Below, in pieces: positions 42,185 to 51,999 of a DNA stretch of 64,000 bases (positions within the stretch are counted from its first letter, which is position 1; each line of letters begins with the position of its first letter). Origin of the DNA: an uncultured delta proteobacterium (lineage in GTDB: Bacteria > Desulfobacterota > Desulfobaccia > Desulfobaccales > 0-14-0-80-60-11); NCBI GenBank assembly GCA_963812015.1, contig CAWETI010000003.1, forward strand, positions 736,001 to 800,000. Reading direction: 5' to 3'. Position numbers and translations under genes: made by a program. The notes beneath the pieces were generated by a model, which was given only the letters and a program-made list of their open reading frames with translations, was not told the DNA's origin and made no database searches.

Positions 42185-43084
42185 TTAGGCATTCAACTGC
42201 AACTGCGGGCGGGGACGCTTTCTCGGCGCCGGCCGCTTCGGGGCCACCCGGGGCTGGACCTTCTTGGTGGCTTCGATGCCCAAGAGGGACCAAAGGTTAG
42301 CGGTAAAGGGGCCGTATACAAAGGAGAAGGCGAACACCGTGACAATGGGCAGCGCCGCGAAGATACCGCCCTTGGTGAAATATTTCATGATAATGCCAGA
42401 GTTGGTAAACACTGCGGCATAAAGGGCCACGGAAGCCAGACCCAAACCAATGGTCCTGCCGATCAACTTGCCACGGTTCGCCTTTGCATGATGTTCTTGA
42501 GCCATAACCTTTTCTCCTTGATATCCTGAGATACTGAAAACGGGGAGAGGAATCTCCCCCGAGATTTCCTCGTCTCTGATGCCCGCATCGGTGATGACGA
42601 AGTCGATGCGCTTGACTTCATGGTTCAGGTCCTTGATGGCGCCGGCCAGACCTTCAAATTTCACCACGTGCTCGCCGTGGATGCCCTGGCTCGCCAACTC
42701 GGACTGGACCGTGGTCCAGGCCGTCTGGGCCCGTTGGGTGAATTTCCCCCGGAGATGCTGGTTATAAGGGGAAAAGAATTTCCCCGACTGGGCCAGGGCC
42801 GGATTGACGTTCATGGCGATAATGTCATAACCCAGGCGTTGGGAGAGGTTGGCGGCATAATCCACTACCCCGTTGGAGAAGGCATAGTCTTTGCCCACCA
42901 CCAGGATTTTGCGCTTGACCTCGTGCCGGCTGTTGGAGGCGGTACCGGAGCCGCCGTCTCCGTGCTTGGCCGACCCGGAAGCGGAGCCGGTAGGGCCTCC
43001 ATCCTCGGTCTTCCTGTCTTTGCCGCTTTTGTTCATGAAGTTCATCATGGCTTTGACCTTTCCCCGCTGTTTCCTTTTGCCCAC
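42185..43084 (-). CDS. USP-like domain fused to a small membrane domain
   Basis: KILVVG...VDYA..LS.RLGYDIIA N-terminal domain; C-terminal GLASVALYAAVF...LWSLLGIEA. Confidence 0.7.
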   Translation of the reverse strand: MGKRKQRGKVKAMMNFMNKSGKDRKTEDGGPTGSASGSAKHGDGGSGTASNSRHEVKRKILVVGKDYAFSNGVVDYAANLSQRLGYDIIAMNVNPALAQSGKFFSPYNQHLRGKFTQRAQTAWTTVQSELASQGIHGEHVVKFEGLAGAIKDLNHEVKRIDFVITDAGIRDEEISGEIPLPVFSISGYQGEKVMAQEHHAKANRGKLIGRTIGLGLASVALYAAVFTNSGIIMKYFTKGGIFAALPIVTVFAFSFVYGPFTANLWSLLGIEATKKVQPRVAPKRPAPRKRPRPQLQLNA

Positions 43085-43119
43085 CTGGAAGGGGGGAGTA
43101 GTTCTTGCCTTAATACCTA

Positions 43120-43135
43120 TACAAGAACCTTGCCA
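43120..43135 (-). promoter_or_regulatory. sigma54 promoter
   Basis: Minus strand TGGCAAGGTTCTTGTA, followed upstream by an AT-rich IHF-like tract and TTGCA-N3-(T/C)GCAAC palindromes at ~43213 and ~43301. Confidence 0.65.
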
Positions 43136-43460
43136 AAGTCGAAAATAATTATAAGTTACTGAAATGCCATATTAAAAATAGATAACCTATTTAAGCGCCA
43201 GGAATTCCTTTTATTGCACTATGCAACAGTCTTGACCTGAATGATTGATTAGGCTGTATAATCAATAAGTTATAAAGCATTGCATCACTGGGGGCTCATG
43301 ATTGCAAAACGCAACGCCAGCCGCCTGAGCCTGGGGCAACGAGAATTTATCTAAGGAAATCAAAAAATTAAAAACCCACGATCGTGCCATTTCGTTGCTG
43401 TTATAGGGATTTTCCCTTATAATAATTTGGTTAGCGTCTACCCCAGAAAGGTCTATCATT

Positions 43461-45470
43461 ATGGGTTTCTTCCGGAAGGTGACTGAAGAGGAGCGCCCCA
43501 AGCCGGCCCAGGAACTAGTGGAACTGCGCGCCGCAGTGCAAAAGGCCCAGCTGCCGGAGGCGGTGGCCGCCATTGCCGCCAAGGAGCTGGAACGGCTGGA
43601 AAAAACCGATGCCTCGGTGGCAGAATACACCATCGGCCTCAACTATTTGGATTACCTGATTTCCCTCCCCTGGCACCGCTTCACCGAAGACAACCTGGAC
43701 CTCAAAAGGGCGGAGCGCATCCTGGAGTCCCAGCACTATGGCCTCCAACACGTGAAAGAGCGCATCTTGGAATATCTGGCGGTGCGCACCCTGTGCAGCG
43801 TGCAAACCACCCAGGTCCTGGTGGTGGATGATGAAGAAATCGCCCGGACCAACCTGGAATATATCCTGCGGAAAGAAGGCCACCAGGTCAGCACCGCGGC
43901 CAACGGCCTGGAAGCCCTGGAGAAGGTCAAGGCCCAGGAATTCGACGTCGTCCTCACCGACCTGAAGATGGAGAAGATGGACGGCATCCAGCTGCTGGAA
44001 TCCGTCAAGCAGATCGCGCCCCACACCGAAATCGTCATGGTCACCGGGTACGCCACGGTGAGCTCAGCGGTGGACGCCCTGAAAAAGGGGGCGGCCCACT
44101 ATCTGTCCAAGCCCATCAAGCTGGATGAGCTCAGGGCCACGGTCCGGGAAATCATCGGCAAAAAGCGCCACATGCAAATGAACCGAGGTCCGGTGCTGTG
44201 CTTCGCCGGGCCGCCCGGCACCGGCAAGACCTCCATCGGCCAGGCCATCGCCGAGGCCCTGGAGCGCAAGTTCGTGCGCCTGTCCCTGGCGGGGCTCAGG
44301 GACGAGGCGGAACTCCGGGGCCACCGTCGCACCTACGTGGGGGCCATGCCGGGCCGCATCATCAACGAACTCAAGCGCCTGGAGGTCAAAAACCCCGTGT
44401 TCATGCTGGATGAGATCGACAAGATCGGCCAGGACTTCCGGGGCGACCCGGCCTCGGTGCTGCTGGAAATCCTGGACCCCCAGCAAAACACCAATTTTGT
44501 CGACCATTACGTGGACGTGCCCTTTGACCTCTCCGGCGTCATGTTCATCACCACCGCCAACGTGGTGGAGAGTTTACCGGCCCCCCTCCTGGACCGCCTG
44601 GAGGTCATCTATTTTCCCGGTTACACGGAGCATGAAAAAATCCAGATCTCCCGGAACTTTCTCATCCCCCGCCAGCTCCGGGATCACGCCCTGGGCCACC
44701 TGGGCATCGAATTTAGCGAAGCCGCCATCGCCAAGATCATCCAGGGGTATACCCGGGAGGCGGGTCTCCGCAACCTGGAACGGGAAATTGCCATGGTCTG
44801 CCGCAAACTGGCCCGCATCTGCGTCCAGGGCAAGGGGACCTGCGCTCCCAGCGTGGACGAAGACGTGGTGGAAAAGTTGCTGGGACCCCGGAAATTCAGC
44901 CATGAAGTGGCGGAGGCGGGCAATCAGGTGGGGGTGACCACGGGATTGGTCTGGACCGAGTTCGGCGGGGAAATCATCTTCGTGGAAGCCACCCGTATGA
45001 AGGGGCACAAGCAACTTATCCTCACCGGCTCCCTGGGCACCGTCTTGCAGGAATCAGCCCAGACCGCCCTGAGCTATATCCGCAGCCACGCCGAACAGTT
45101 CGGCCTTAACCCGGACTTTTTTTCCGACAGCGATATCCATATCCACCTGCCCTCCGGGGCCATCCCCAAAGAAGGGCCCTCCGCCGGAGTCACCATCGCC
45201 CTGGCCCTGCTCTCCTTGCTCACCGGCCGGCCCGCCCGCCGGGACGTGGCCCTAACCGGCGAGCTGACCCTTTCCGGCCGCATCCTGCCGGTAAGCGGCA
45301 TTAGGGAAAAGGTCCTGGCGGCCCAACGGGCCGGCGTCACCGTGGTGGTCTTCCCCAAAAAGAACGAAGCGGATATCGTCAACCTGGAAAAGGAAGTGAA
45401 AGAAGGATTAGAGATCGTCCTGGCCGAAGAGATCGAACCCCTGATAGACCTGGTGCTGCTGCCGAAGTGA
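43461..45470 (+). CDS. lon: Lon-type ATP-dependent protease with inserted receiver domain
   Basis: HYGL..VKERILEYLAV, then VLVVDDE...LTDLKM...KP receiver, GPPGTGKT, MLDEIDK, PKEGPSAG, GIREK. Confidence 0.9.
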   Translation: MGFFRKVTEEERPKPAQELVELRAAVQKAQLPEAVAAIAAKELERLEKTDASVAEYTIGLNYLDYLISLPWHRFTEDNLDLKRAERILESQHYGLQHVKERILEYLAVRTLCSVQTTQVLVVDDEEIARTNLEYILRKEGHQVSTAANGLEALEKVKAQEFDVVLTDLKMEKMDGIQLLESVKQIAPHTEIVMVTGYATVSSAVDALKKGAAHYLSKPIKLDELRATVREIIGKKRHMQMNRGPVLCFAGPPGTGKTSIGQAIAEALERKFVRLSLAGLRDEAELRGHRRTYVGAMPGRIINELKRLEVKNPVFMLDEIDKIGQDFRGDPASVLLEILDPQQNTNFVDHYVDVPFDLSGVMFITTANVVESLPAPLLDRLEVIYFPGYTEHEKIQISRNFLIPRQLRDHALGHLGIEFSEAAIAKIIQGYTREAGLRNLEREIAMVCRKLARICVQGKGTCAPSVDEDVVEKLLGPRKFSHEVAEAGNQVGVTTGLVWTEFGGEIIFVEATRMKGHKQLILTGSLGTVLQESAQTALSYIRSHAEQFGLNPDFFSDSDIHIHLPSGAIPKEGPSAGVTIALALLSLLTGRPARRDVALTGELTLSGRILPVSGIREKVLAAQRAGVTVVVFPKKNEADIVNLEKEVKEGLEIVLAEEIEPLIDLVLLPK

Positions 45471-45562
45471 GTAAAGGCGAATAGTTTTGGGGGAGGGGGC
45501 CAGGGGCTTTTTCGTAAGTGGCCCTTACCCCCTCCCCAAACCCCTCCCCCAACCCCATAAGT

Positions 45563-45592
45563 AAAAAGCCGGGACCTGTGGCCCCGGCTTTT
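45563..45592. terminator. bidirectional intrinsic terminator
   Basis: AAAAAGCCGGG...CCCGGCTTTT between convergent genes. Confidence 0.65.
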
Positions 45593-45655
45593 CCTTTCCC
45601 ATAGCATTCTGGTGGCAAAGACATCTTGCCCGTGATTCGTGCCCCATATGAAGCG

Positions 45656-45683
45656 TAGGGGCGGGTTTCAAACCCGCCCCTAC
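45656..45683. repeat. GTAG-type REP-like palindrome
   Basis: GTAGGGGCGGGTTTCAAACCCGCCCCTAC. Confidence 0.7.
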
Positions 45684-45763
45684 GTTTTTATATAAGGGGT
45701 TGGGGGAGGGAGTTTGAGGGAGGGGGCAGGGGTCGTCGGCCCCTGCCGCCCTCCCTCAAAACC

Positions 45764-47125
45764 TCACGTCCCGCCGTTCAAGTCGTACCGTTTCAGTTTA
45801 CGCCAGAGGGAGACCCGGTCGATCCCCAGGATTTCCGCGGCCTTGGTTTTATTGCCGTTCACCTGTTTGACCACCCAGGAGATATATTCCTTTTCGTTTT
45901 CCTCCAGGGTATGGAGGTCTCGGCGCTGGTGCCGCTGGACCTGGAAGATGGGCTGCTGGAAATCCAGGGGCAGGTGCTGCATTTCGATGATGGCGCCGTT
46001 GCACAGGGTCACGGCCCGTTCCATGATGTTCTCCAACTCACGGATATTCCCCGGAAATTCGTAATGAAACAACATATCCATGACGTCGTCGGAGATCTTG
46101 TTGATCTTTTTCCCCTGGGCCTCGGCAAACTTCCCCAGGAAGTGCTGGCACAGGAGGGGGATATCGTCCTTCCGTTCCGCCAAGGTAGGCACATGCAGGG
46201 TGACCACGTTGATGCGGTAATAGAGGTCCTGGCGGAAGTTGCCCTGTTCCACCTCTCCTTTCAGATCCTTGTTGGTGGCCGCCAGGACCCGGATATCCAC
46301 GGGAATCTCGTTGGTGCCGCCCACCCGCATCAGGGTTTTGTCCTGGAGGACCCTGAGCAGCTTGACCTGCATGGAAGTGGGCATATCCCCGATTTCATCC
46401 AGGAGGACCGTGCCCCCGGAGGCCGCTTCCAGCAGGCCCTTTTTGACTCCCCGGGCTCCGGTAAAGGCCTCCTTTTCGTGTCCGAAGAGCTCGTTGGCCA
46501 GCAACTCTTCGCTGAAGGCGCCGCAGTTGATGGCCAGGAAGCGGTGGTCGGACCGGGGGCTAAGGTGGTGGATGGCTTTGGCCACCAGTTCCTTGCCGGT
46601 GCCGGTCTCTCCCAGGATAAGCACGGTGGCGTCGGAGGGGGCGATCTGTTCTATGGTCTTTTTCAGGAGATCGATCTTGGGGCTTTTCCCCACCAGGAAG
46701 GGCACCACCTTCTGGCTCTGGACCTGGCGCTTCAGTTCGGTGACTTCCTGGCGCAGGGAGTGCTTTTCCATGGCCTTGGCCACCAGAATGCGCATCTCGT
46801 CGATCTTATAAGGCTTGGGCAGGTAATGATAGGCGCCTTTTTGCATGGCTTCCACCGCGGTGGAGACGGTGGCAAAGCCGGTAATCATGATGACTTCGGT
46901 GTCGGGATAGAGTTCCTTGGTGCGATCCAACACCTGCAGGCCATCCACCTGCTGCATCCTGAGGTCGGTCATCACCAGGTCAAATTCCTGTTTTTCCAGT
47001 TCCTTGCAGGCCAGGGCGCCGCTTTCCACCGCCACGGTGTCATAGCCTTCCTTTTTTAGCACATGGTCAAGGTTTTCCCGGGCGATCAATTCATCTTCGA
47101 CGATGAGAATTTTGCCACGTCTCAT
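45764..47125 (-). CDS. sigma54-dependent response regulator (NtrC family)
   Basis: Receiver, GETGTGKE, ELFGHEKEAFTGA, FPGNIRELEN, Fis-type HTH. Confidence 0.95.
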   Translation of the reverse strand: MRRGKILIVEDELIARENLDHVLKKEGYDTVAVESGALACKELEKQEFDLVMTDLRMQQVDGLQVLDRTKELYPDTEVIMITGFATVSTAVEAMQKGAYHYLPKPYKIDEMRILVAKAMEKHSLRQEVTELKRQVQSQKVVPFLVGKSPKIDLLKKTIEQIAPSDATVLILGETGTGKELVAKAIHHLSPRSDHRFLAINCGAFSEELLANELFGHEKEAFTGARGVKKGLLEAASGGTVLLDEIGDMPTSMQVKLLRVLQDKTLMRVGGTNEIPVDIRVLAATNKDLKGEVEQGNFRQDLYYRINVVTLHVPTLAERKDDIPLLCQHFLGKFAEAQGKKINKISDDVMDMLFHYEFPGNIRELENIMERAVTLCNGAIIEMQHLPLDFQQPIFQVQRHQRRDLHTLEENEKEYISWVVKQVNGNKTKAAEILGIDRVSLWRKLKRYDLNGGT

Positions 47126-48558
47126 GATGGGGCCTTCTCTAATCTGACCTGGGGGTCATAAGGCATCCGGATGATAAATCTGGTGCCTTCGCCTGCCTTG
47201 CTCTCCACCGCGATGCGGCCGTGGTGCTTTTCGATGATCCCGTAAACGATGGACAGTCCCAAGCCGGTGCCCACCCCCACTTCCTTGGTGGTATAAAAGG
47301 GATCAAAGACCCGGTCCAACTCATCCCTGGGGATGCCCACCCCGGTGTCTTCGATGGTAATGACGGCTTCATGGTTCGCCGGGTCCGGCGCGGCGGAAAG
47401 GCGAATTTCTCCCGGGGTTTCCTTGATGGCCTGGATGGCGTTCATCAGCAGATTGAGAAAGACCTCTTGCATGCGCTGGGCGTCCAGTTCCAGGATCAGG
47501 TCCTGGGGAATCTCATCCACGAGGTCAATACCGGGAGGCACCTGGCTGGAGATGAGCCGGATGGACCGCTTGACCACATCCTCCAGGGGAATGGGCTTGA
47601 GGGAGAATTCCCTTACCCGGGAGAACTCCAGGAGGCCCTTGACGATATCCCGGGCCCGATAGACCTCCTGCTCCACGTTAGTTAACATTTTCCGGATGAA
47701 GTTCAGGTCGGCCTGATCCAACTCCTCCAGGATAATCTGGCAGGACGTGGAGATATTGTTGAGGGGATTGTTCAACTGGTGGGCAATCCCGGCGGTCAAG
47801 ACCCCCAGGGAAGACATCTTTTTGCCCTGCACCAGTTGGTCCTGGCGGCGTTCCAGCTCTGCCACCATGCGGTTGAAGGCCTCCACCAGCCGCTGGGTTT
47901 CGTCCCGGGTATCCAGCACCGGCAAGGGTTTGAAATCCCCCTGGGCAATGCGCCTGGTGGTATTTTCAATGACTCGCAGGGGGAGAATAATCTTGCGGCT
48001 GACGATGTAAATGAGAAACCCCATGAAGGCCAGGAACACCACCAGGGAGATGAGCAGCTGGGTTTTCAGGGTATTGATGATCTCGAGAATGCGGAAGCGT
48101 TCGAAGGCCACCAGCTTTACGGAGAGGTCCACGAGGGTTTTCCCCCGGGTCCGCAGCTGCTCTTCCAGGCCCCGGCTCTCCGGTTGGGCCCGCTCTCCGG
48201 GTTTGGCCAGTTGCTTCATCAATCCCTGATAGGCGATCAGATCCTTTTTAAGGGTGTCCATCTGGGAAGCCACTTTCAGGTTCTGGACGTCGGCCATGAT
48301 GGTGGCCAGGACCTCCAGGGCTTTTTGGGCATAGGCCTGGTTCTGTCGATAATCCTCCTCCAGACCGTAGAGGAGATAGTTTTTCTCGTAGCGGCGAATT
48401 TCCAGAACGATCTCCCGCAGATCATCGGCAATTTGGACCACGTGCTGCTTTAATTCGATGGCGTGAAGGTAATGGTAGGAAAACCCGCCGACGAAGCAAA
48501 TGGCCAGGACGCAGGCGGTAAACCCCCAGATCACTTTTTGGCGGATGTTCAGATACAC
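47122..48558 (-). CDS. HAMP-domain sensor histidine kinase
   Basis: Two TMs, HAMP, AHQLNNPL, DTGVG, GTGLGL; start probably GTG at VYLNIRQK. Confidence 0.9.
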   Translation of the reverse strand: MYLNIRQKVIWGFTACVLAICFVGGFSYHYLHAIELKQHVVQIADDLREIVLEIRRYEKNYLLYGLEEDYRQNQAYAQKALEVLATIMADVQNLKVASQMDTLKKDLIAYQGLMKQLAKPGERAQPESRGLEEQLRTRGKTLVDLSVKLVAFERFRILEIINTLKTQLLISLVVFLAFMGFLIYIVSRKIILPLRVIENTTRRIAQGDFKPLPVLDTRDETQRLVEAFNRMVAELERRQDQLVQGKKMSSLGVLTAGIAHQLNNPLNNISTSCQIILEELDQADLNFIRKMLTNVEQEVYRARDIVKGLLEFSRVREFSLKPIPLEDVVKRSIRLISSQVPPGIDLVDEIPQDLILELDAQRMQEVFLNLLMNAIQAIKETPGEIRLSAAPDPANHEAVITIEDTGVGIPRDELDRVFDPFYTTKEVGVGTGLGLSIVYGIIEKHHGRIAVESKAGEGTRFIIRMPYDPQVRLEKAPS

Positions 48559-48815
48559 GAAAAACCTCCAGGCGCATAAAGTAAAAGGCGGGCCGGGACC
48601 GCGGCCAGGCAACCGGTGACCGCCTTAGGTAAACTTGCCTTCAGGGTATTTTTGCAACACTCCTCAAAATCAAAAAATTCCTCTTCGGATGGTTCCCCTA
48701 GGCGAACTACTGCTTACTGTGAAAAAACCGGCATCCATAAAGTTCCAATAATTACCAATCATTTTGCCATGCTTTGCTGCATTCTGCAACAGGATTCCCG
48801 ACATTAGAAAAGGTC

Positions 48816-48844
48816 TTGACACTTTGTGAGATTTTTAACATACT
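48816..48844 (+). promoter_or_regulatory. sigma70-type promoter
   Basis: TTGACA-N17-CATACT upstream of the tauE operon; TGCTGCATTCTGCAACA palindrome ~25 bp upstream. Confidence 0.55.
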
Positions 48845-48882
48845 ATCCCGCAATCTGAACTATTTGGGAGGGAACGGGCAGG

Positions 48883-49821
48883 ATGGATATTTATCTTCCC
48901 ATTGCGGGTATGAGCATTAATTTTTTCCTGATTCTGGGGATCGGGGGCTTGGTAGGCTTCCTCTCCGGGCTCTTCGGGGTTGGCGGCGGATTTCTCCTCA
49001 CGCCGCTGATGATGATGATCGGCATCCCGCCGGCTGTGGCGGCGGCTTCGGACTCCAACCAGATTGTCGCGGCGGCCTCCTCGGGAGCCTTTGCCCACTG
49101 GCGTCTGGGTAATGTGGATTTCAAGATGGGCCTGGTGATCCTGGCCGGCGGGATCTTCGGCGGCACCATCGGGGTTCAACTGGTCAAAGTACTGCGGGCC
49201 ATGGGCAACTTCGAGTTCGTCATGAAAGTGGTGTATGTGCTCATGTTGGGCCTGGTGGGTAGCGCCATGTTTATAGAAAGCTGGCGAACCATCCGCCGCA
49301 GCAAGGGCGCGGCGGCGGAAGCCGTGGCGGGGCCGGTGAGTGAATCCAGCTTCACCAAAATTTTTAATAAAATGCCCCTCAAGATGAACTTCCAGCGCTC
49401 GGGACTCAGCACCTCGGCCATCTTCCCCTTCTCCATCGGCACCACTGTGGGCATCATGGCAGCCCTTCTGGGGGTGGGCGGAGGCTTTATCATGGTGCCA
49501 GCCATGATTTATATCATCGGCATGCCGACCATCGCCGCCATCGGCACCGACCTCTTCCAGATCGTGCTCACCTCGGCCAACGTCACCCTCCAGCAGGCCA
49601 TCGTCAATCACACCGTTGACCTCCTGCTGGCCTTGATCCTCCTGACCGGGTCCAGCTTTGGGGCCCAGTTCGGGGCGATGGCGGGCAGACGCCTTAAAGG
49701 CGAACAGATTCGCATCCTGCTGGCCATCATCGTGCTGGTCTTGACGGTCAAGATGTTCCTGGACCTGGTCATCACTCCCAGTGATCTGGTGAGTCTGGCT
49801 ACAGGCGGAGGGGGGCACTAA
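48883..49821 (+). CDS. sulfite exporter TauE/SafE family protein
   Basis: MDIYLPIA, SGLFGVGGGFLLTP, LGVGGGFIMVP. Confidence 0.9.
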   Translation: MDIYLPIAGMSINFFLILGIGGLVGFLSGLFGVGGGFLLTPLMMMIGIPPAVAAASDSNQIVAAASSGAFAHWRLGNVDFKMGLVILAGGIFGGTIGVQLVKVLRAMGNFEFVMKVVYVLMLGLVGSAMFIESWRTIRRSKGAAAEAVAGPVSESSFTKIFNKMPLKMNFQRSGLSTSAIFPFSIGTTVGIMAALLGVGGGFIMVPAMIYIIGMPTIAAIGTDLFQIVLTSANVTLQQAIVNHTVDLLLALILLTGSSFGAQFGAMAGRRLKGEQIRILLAIIVLVLTVKMFLDLVITPSDLVSLATGGGGH

Positions 49822-49822
49822 G

Positions 49823-50620
49823 ATGAAACGATTCCTGATTCTCGCCCTCGTCTGCTGTCTGGGATGCCTGTGGGGAGCGCCGGCTTTGGCCATCTCTCCG
49901 GAGACGCAGCAACACGTGCTGACCTCAGCCTCGAAAAACCTGATTGAAATCGGACTGTCCTACCACGGCGATCAGATCCACTTCTTCGGGATCAACCCGG
50001 TCCCCGGCACCGACGTAGTCATCAAGCTCACCGCCGCCAAAGAGGAATCCGTCAAGCTCTCCGTCAAGGGTAAGGTTGGTCCTTTCTGGATGACCGTGAA
50101 GCAGTACGAGGTCACCGGCTCTCCCTTTATCTATAAGATCCATGCCAGCAAGCCCCTGGACCAGATCATGTCCAAGGAAACCGCCCAAAAGCTTGAGCTG
50201 GGATATCCGGCGGTGCGGGGCAAGATGAAGATGCACCTGGTCCGGGGTGAGGCGGCCCCCGATGACGAGTCGGTGGTCTGGGATGGGTTGGTCAAGATCA
50301 AGGAGCGAGCCAACCTCTATAACATTGTTGAGGACCCGGCGCGCCTGGAGATTTCCGAAGGCAAGCTTTTCAAGCATTATTTCCGATTCCCGCCCGCGGC
50401 GACGGAAGGTCGTTACCAGGTGGAATCCTTCTGCTTTGAGAAAGGCGAACTGGTAGGTTACGGAAAGGACGTGATCGAGATCAAGAAAGTCGGCCTGGAG
50501 CACTGGCTCACCCAGACCTCGAAGAACAAGCCGGTCTTTTTCGGCATCATGGCGGTCATTATCGCGGTTGGGGCCGGGTTGCTGGTGGGGGTCATCTTCG
50601 GGAAAGGAGGACACCATTAA
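49823..50620 (+). CDS. TIGR02186-like membrane-anchored protein
   Basis: Signal peptide, K.KVGPFWM, C-terminal TM; usual neighbour of this TauE subtype. Confidence 0.7.
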   Translation: MKRFLILALVCCLGCLWGAPALAISPETQQHVLTSASKNLIEIGLSYHGDQIHFFGINPVPGTDVVIKLTAAKEESVKLSVKGKVGPFWMTVKQYEVTGSPFIYKIHASKPLDQIMSKETAQKLELGYPAVRGKMKMHLVRGEAAPDDESVVWDGLVKIKERANLYNIVEDPARLEISEGKLFKHYFRFPPAATEGRYQVESFCFEKGELVGYGKDVIEIKKVGLEHWLTQTSKNKPVFFGIMAVIIAVGAGLLVGVIFGKGGHH

Positions 50621-51117
50621 TGACCGCAGATAAAGCCAAGTCGATTGCCGTCGCCATAGATGGGTCAGAGGCTGCTTGGGAAGCCATGCAGCGGGCTATC
50701 AACATGGCGCGATTACTGAAGTTGCCGCTGGAGGTCCTCTACGTGATTCAACTGCGGAAATCCGGTTATTTCGCTTTTATTGACCGGCACCTGCAAGAGG
50801 ACCAGGAGGCCTATGCCAAAAAGATTTTAGCCGACGCGGTCCAGCGGGCCGAAAAGAAAGAGGTGGTGGTCCACACCCATCTGCTAGAGGGAGAACATGA
50901 TCCCTCCGAGTCCATCGTCACTTTTCTGGATCAAGCCAGGGGAGTGAAATTCCTGGTGCTGGGAACCCACGGCCATGGGTTTGTGGGCCGGCATCTCCTG
51001 GGGTCCACCACCGAACGGGTGCTCCGGGAAGTGGCCCGCCGCGGTCTGCCGGTGCCCGTGCTGGTGGTGCCCTTCACTAAGGCGGCAGAAGAGGCCGAGG
51101 CCGAATCCGGGCAATAA
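50620..51117 (+). CDS. universal stress protein
   Basis: IAVAIDGSE, LVLGTHG.G...LLGSTTERV, PVLVV. Confidence 0.9.
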   Translation: MTADKAKSIAVAIDGSEAAWEAMQRAINMARLLKLPLEVLYVIQLRKSGYFAFIDRHLQEDQEAYAKKILADAVQRAEKKEVVVHTHLLEGEHDPSESIVTFLDQARGVKFLVLGTHGHGFVGRHLLGSTTERVLREVARRGLPVPVLVVPFTKAAEEAEAESGQ

Positions 51118-51164
51118 CTTAGGGATCGAGCCCGTAACTCAGACAATTCACGGCAAAGCTCAGG

Positions 51165-51193
51165 GGAGCCAGGGTCACCTGGCTCCTTTTTTT
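51165..51193 (+). terminator. intrinsic terminator
   Basis: GGAGCCAGG-GTCA-CCTGGCTCC-TTTTTTT. Confidence 0.75.
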
Positions 51194-51313
51194 ATGGGGT
51201 TTGGACTGTGGGCCGGGCCCCGCGGCGGCCACGTTGCCTCGGCCTTGCCTGGTGCGGTCCAAGGGAGCGCCTGCGGCCGCGAACGGTTATGGCGGCTTAA
51301 CAAGCCGCCCGGG

Positions 51314-51388
51314 TTATTTCCCTCAGCAACCGCCACGGAAAAAAGTTATAACCAAAAACCCCACCACAATGAGGAGCACCCATTCCAT
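51314..51388 (-). CDS. candidate 24-aa membrane micro-selenoprotein
   Basis: MEWVLLIVVGFLVITFFRGGC-U-GK*; AAGGA SD; hairpin GGCGGCTT-GTT-AAGCCGCC starts ~14 nt after the UGA. Confidence 0.6.
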
Positions 51389-51573
51389 AAAAGTCGTCCT
51401 TTCCCCCGGCCGGAGCCCGGGGAGTCCTGCACCTCAAGGCGTCCGAAGATTTTTCGGGTTTCCCAGCTAAGCTTGAGAGCCAGAAAGCTGGTGATCTACA
51501 GGGACACGGGGGCCGCCAGCCGGGCGGCACTTTTCCCTGCATCACCCCAAGACCAGGAGCTCCGCCCTCAGGC

Positions 51574-51987
51574 TTAGTGGCCTTCCAGGCGTTGCTTGAG
51601 ATCCTTGTTTTGCCGAACCATCTCCCGCCACCGCATGGCCTTGTCAATGGCCAGCAAAATCTGTTCTTTGCGGAAGGGCTTGGTAATATAATCAAAAGCC
51701 CCTTTGGCCATGGCCTCCTCCGCCGACTCCAGGGAACCGTAGGCGGTGATCACCAGCACCAGGGCGTCTGGGTCCTTCTGTTTGGCATGAGCCAGCACCT
51801 CCAGGCCGTCCATGCCCGGCATCTTGAGATCCGTGAGAATCAGGTCGAAGGTTTCCTTTTCCAGAAGTTCGGTCGCCTCCAGGGGATTGTTGGTGACCGT
51901 GACCTGATGGTCGGAATAGCCCTCGATGATCATCTTGAGCAGGGCCAACATATCCAGTTCGTCATCGACGGCCAGGATCCGTCCCAT
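51574..51987 (-). CDS. single-domain response regulator
   Basis: ILAVDDE, LTDLKMPGMDG, ITAYG, KPF. Confidence 0.92.
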   Translation of the reverse strand: MGRILAVDDELDMLALLKMIIEGYSDHQVTVTNNPLEATELLEKETFDLILTDLKMPGMDGLEVLAHAKQKDPDALVLVITAYGSLESAEEAMAKGAFDYITKPFRKEQILLAIDKAMRWREMVRQNKDLKQRLEGH

Positions 51988-51999
51988 GTCATAACCTCC

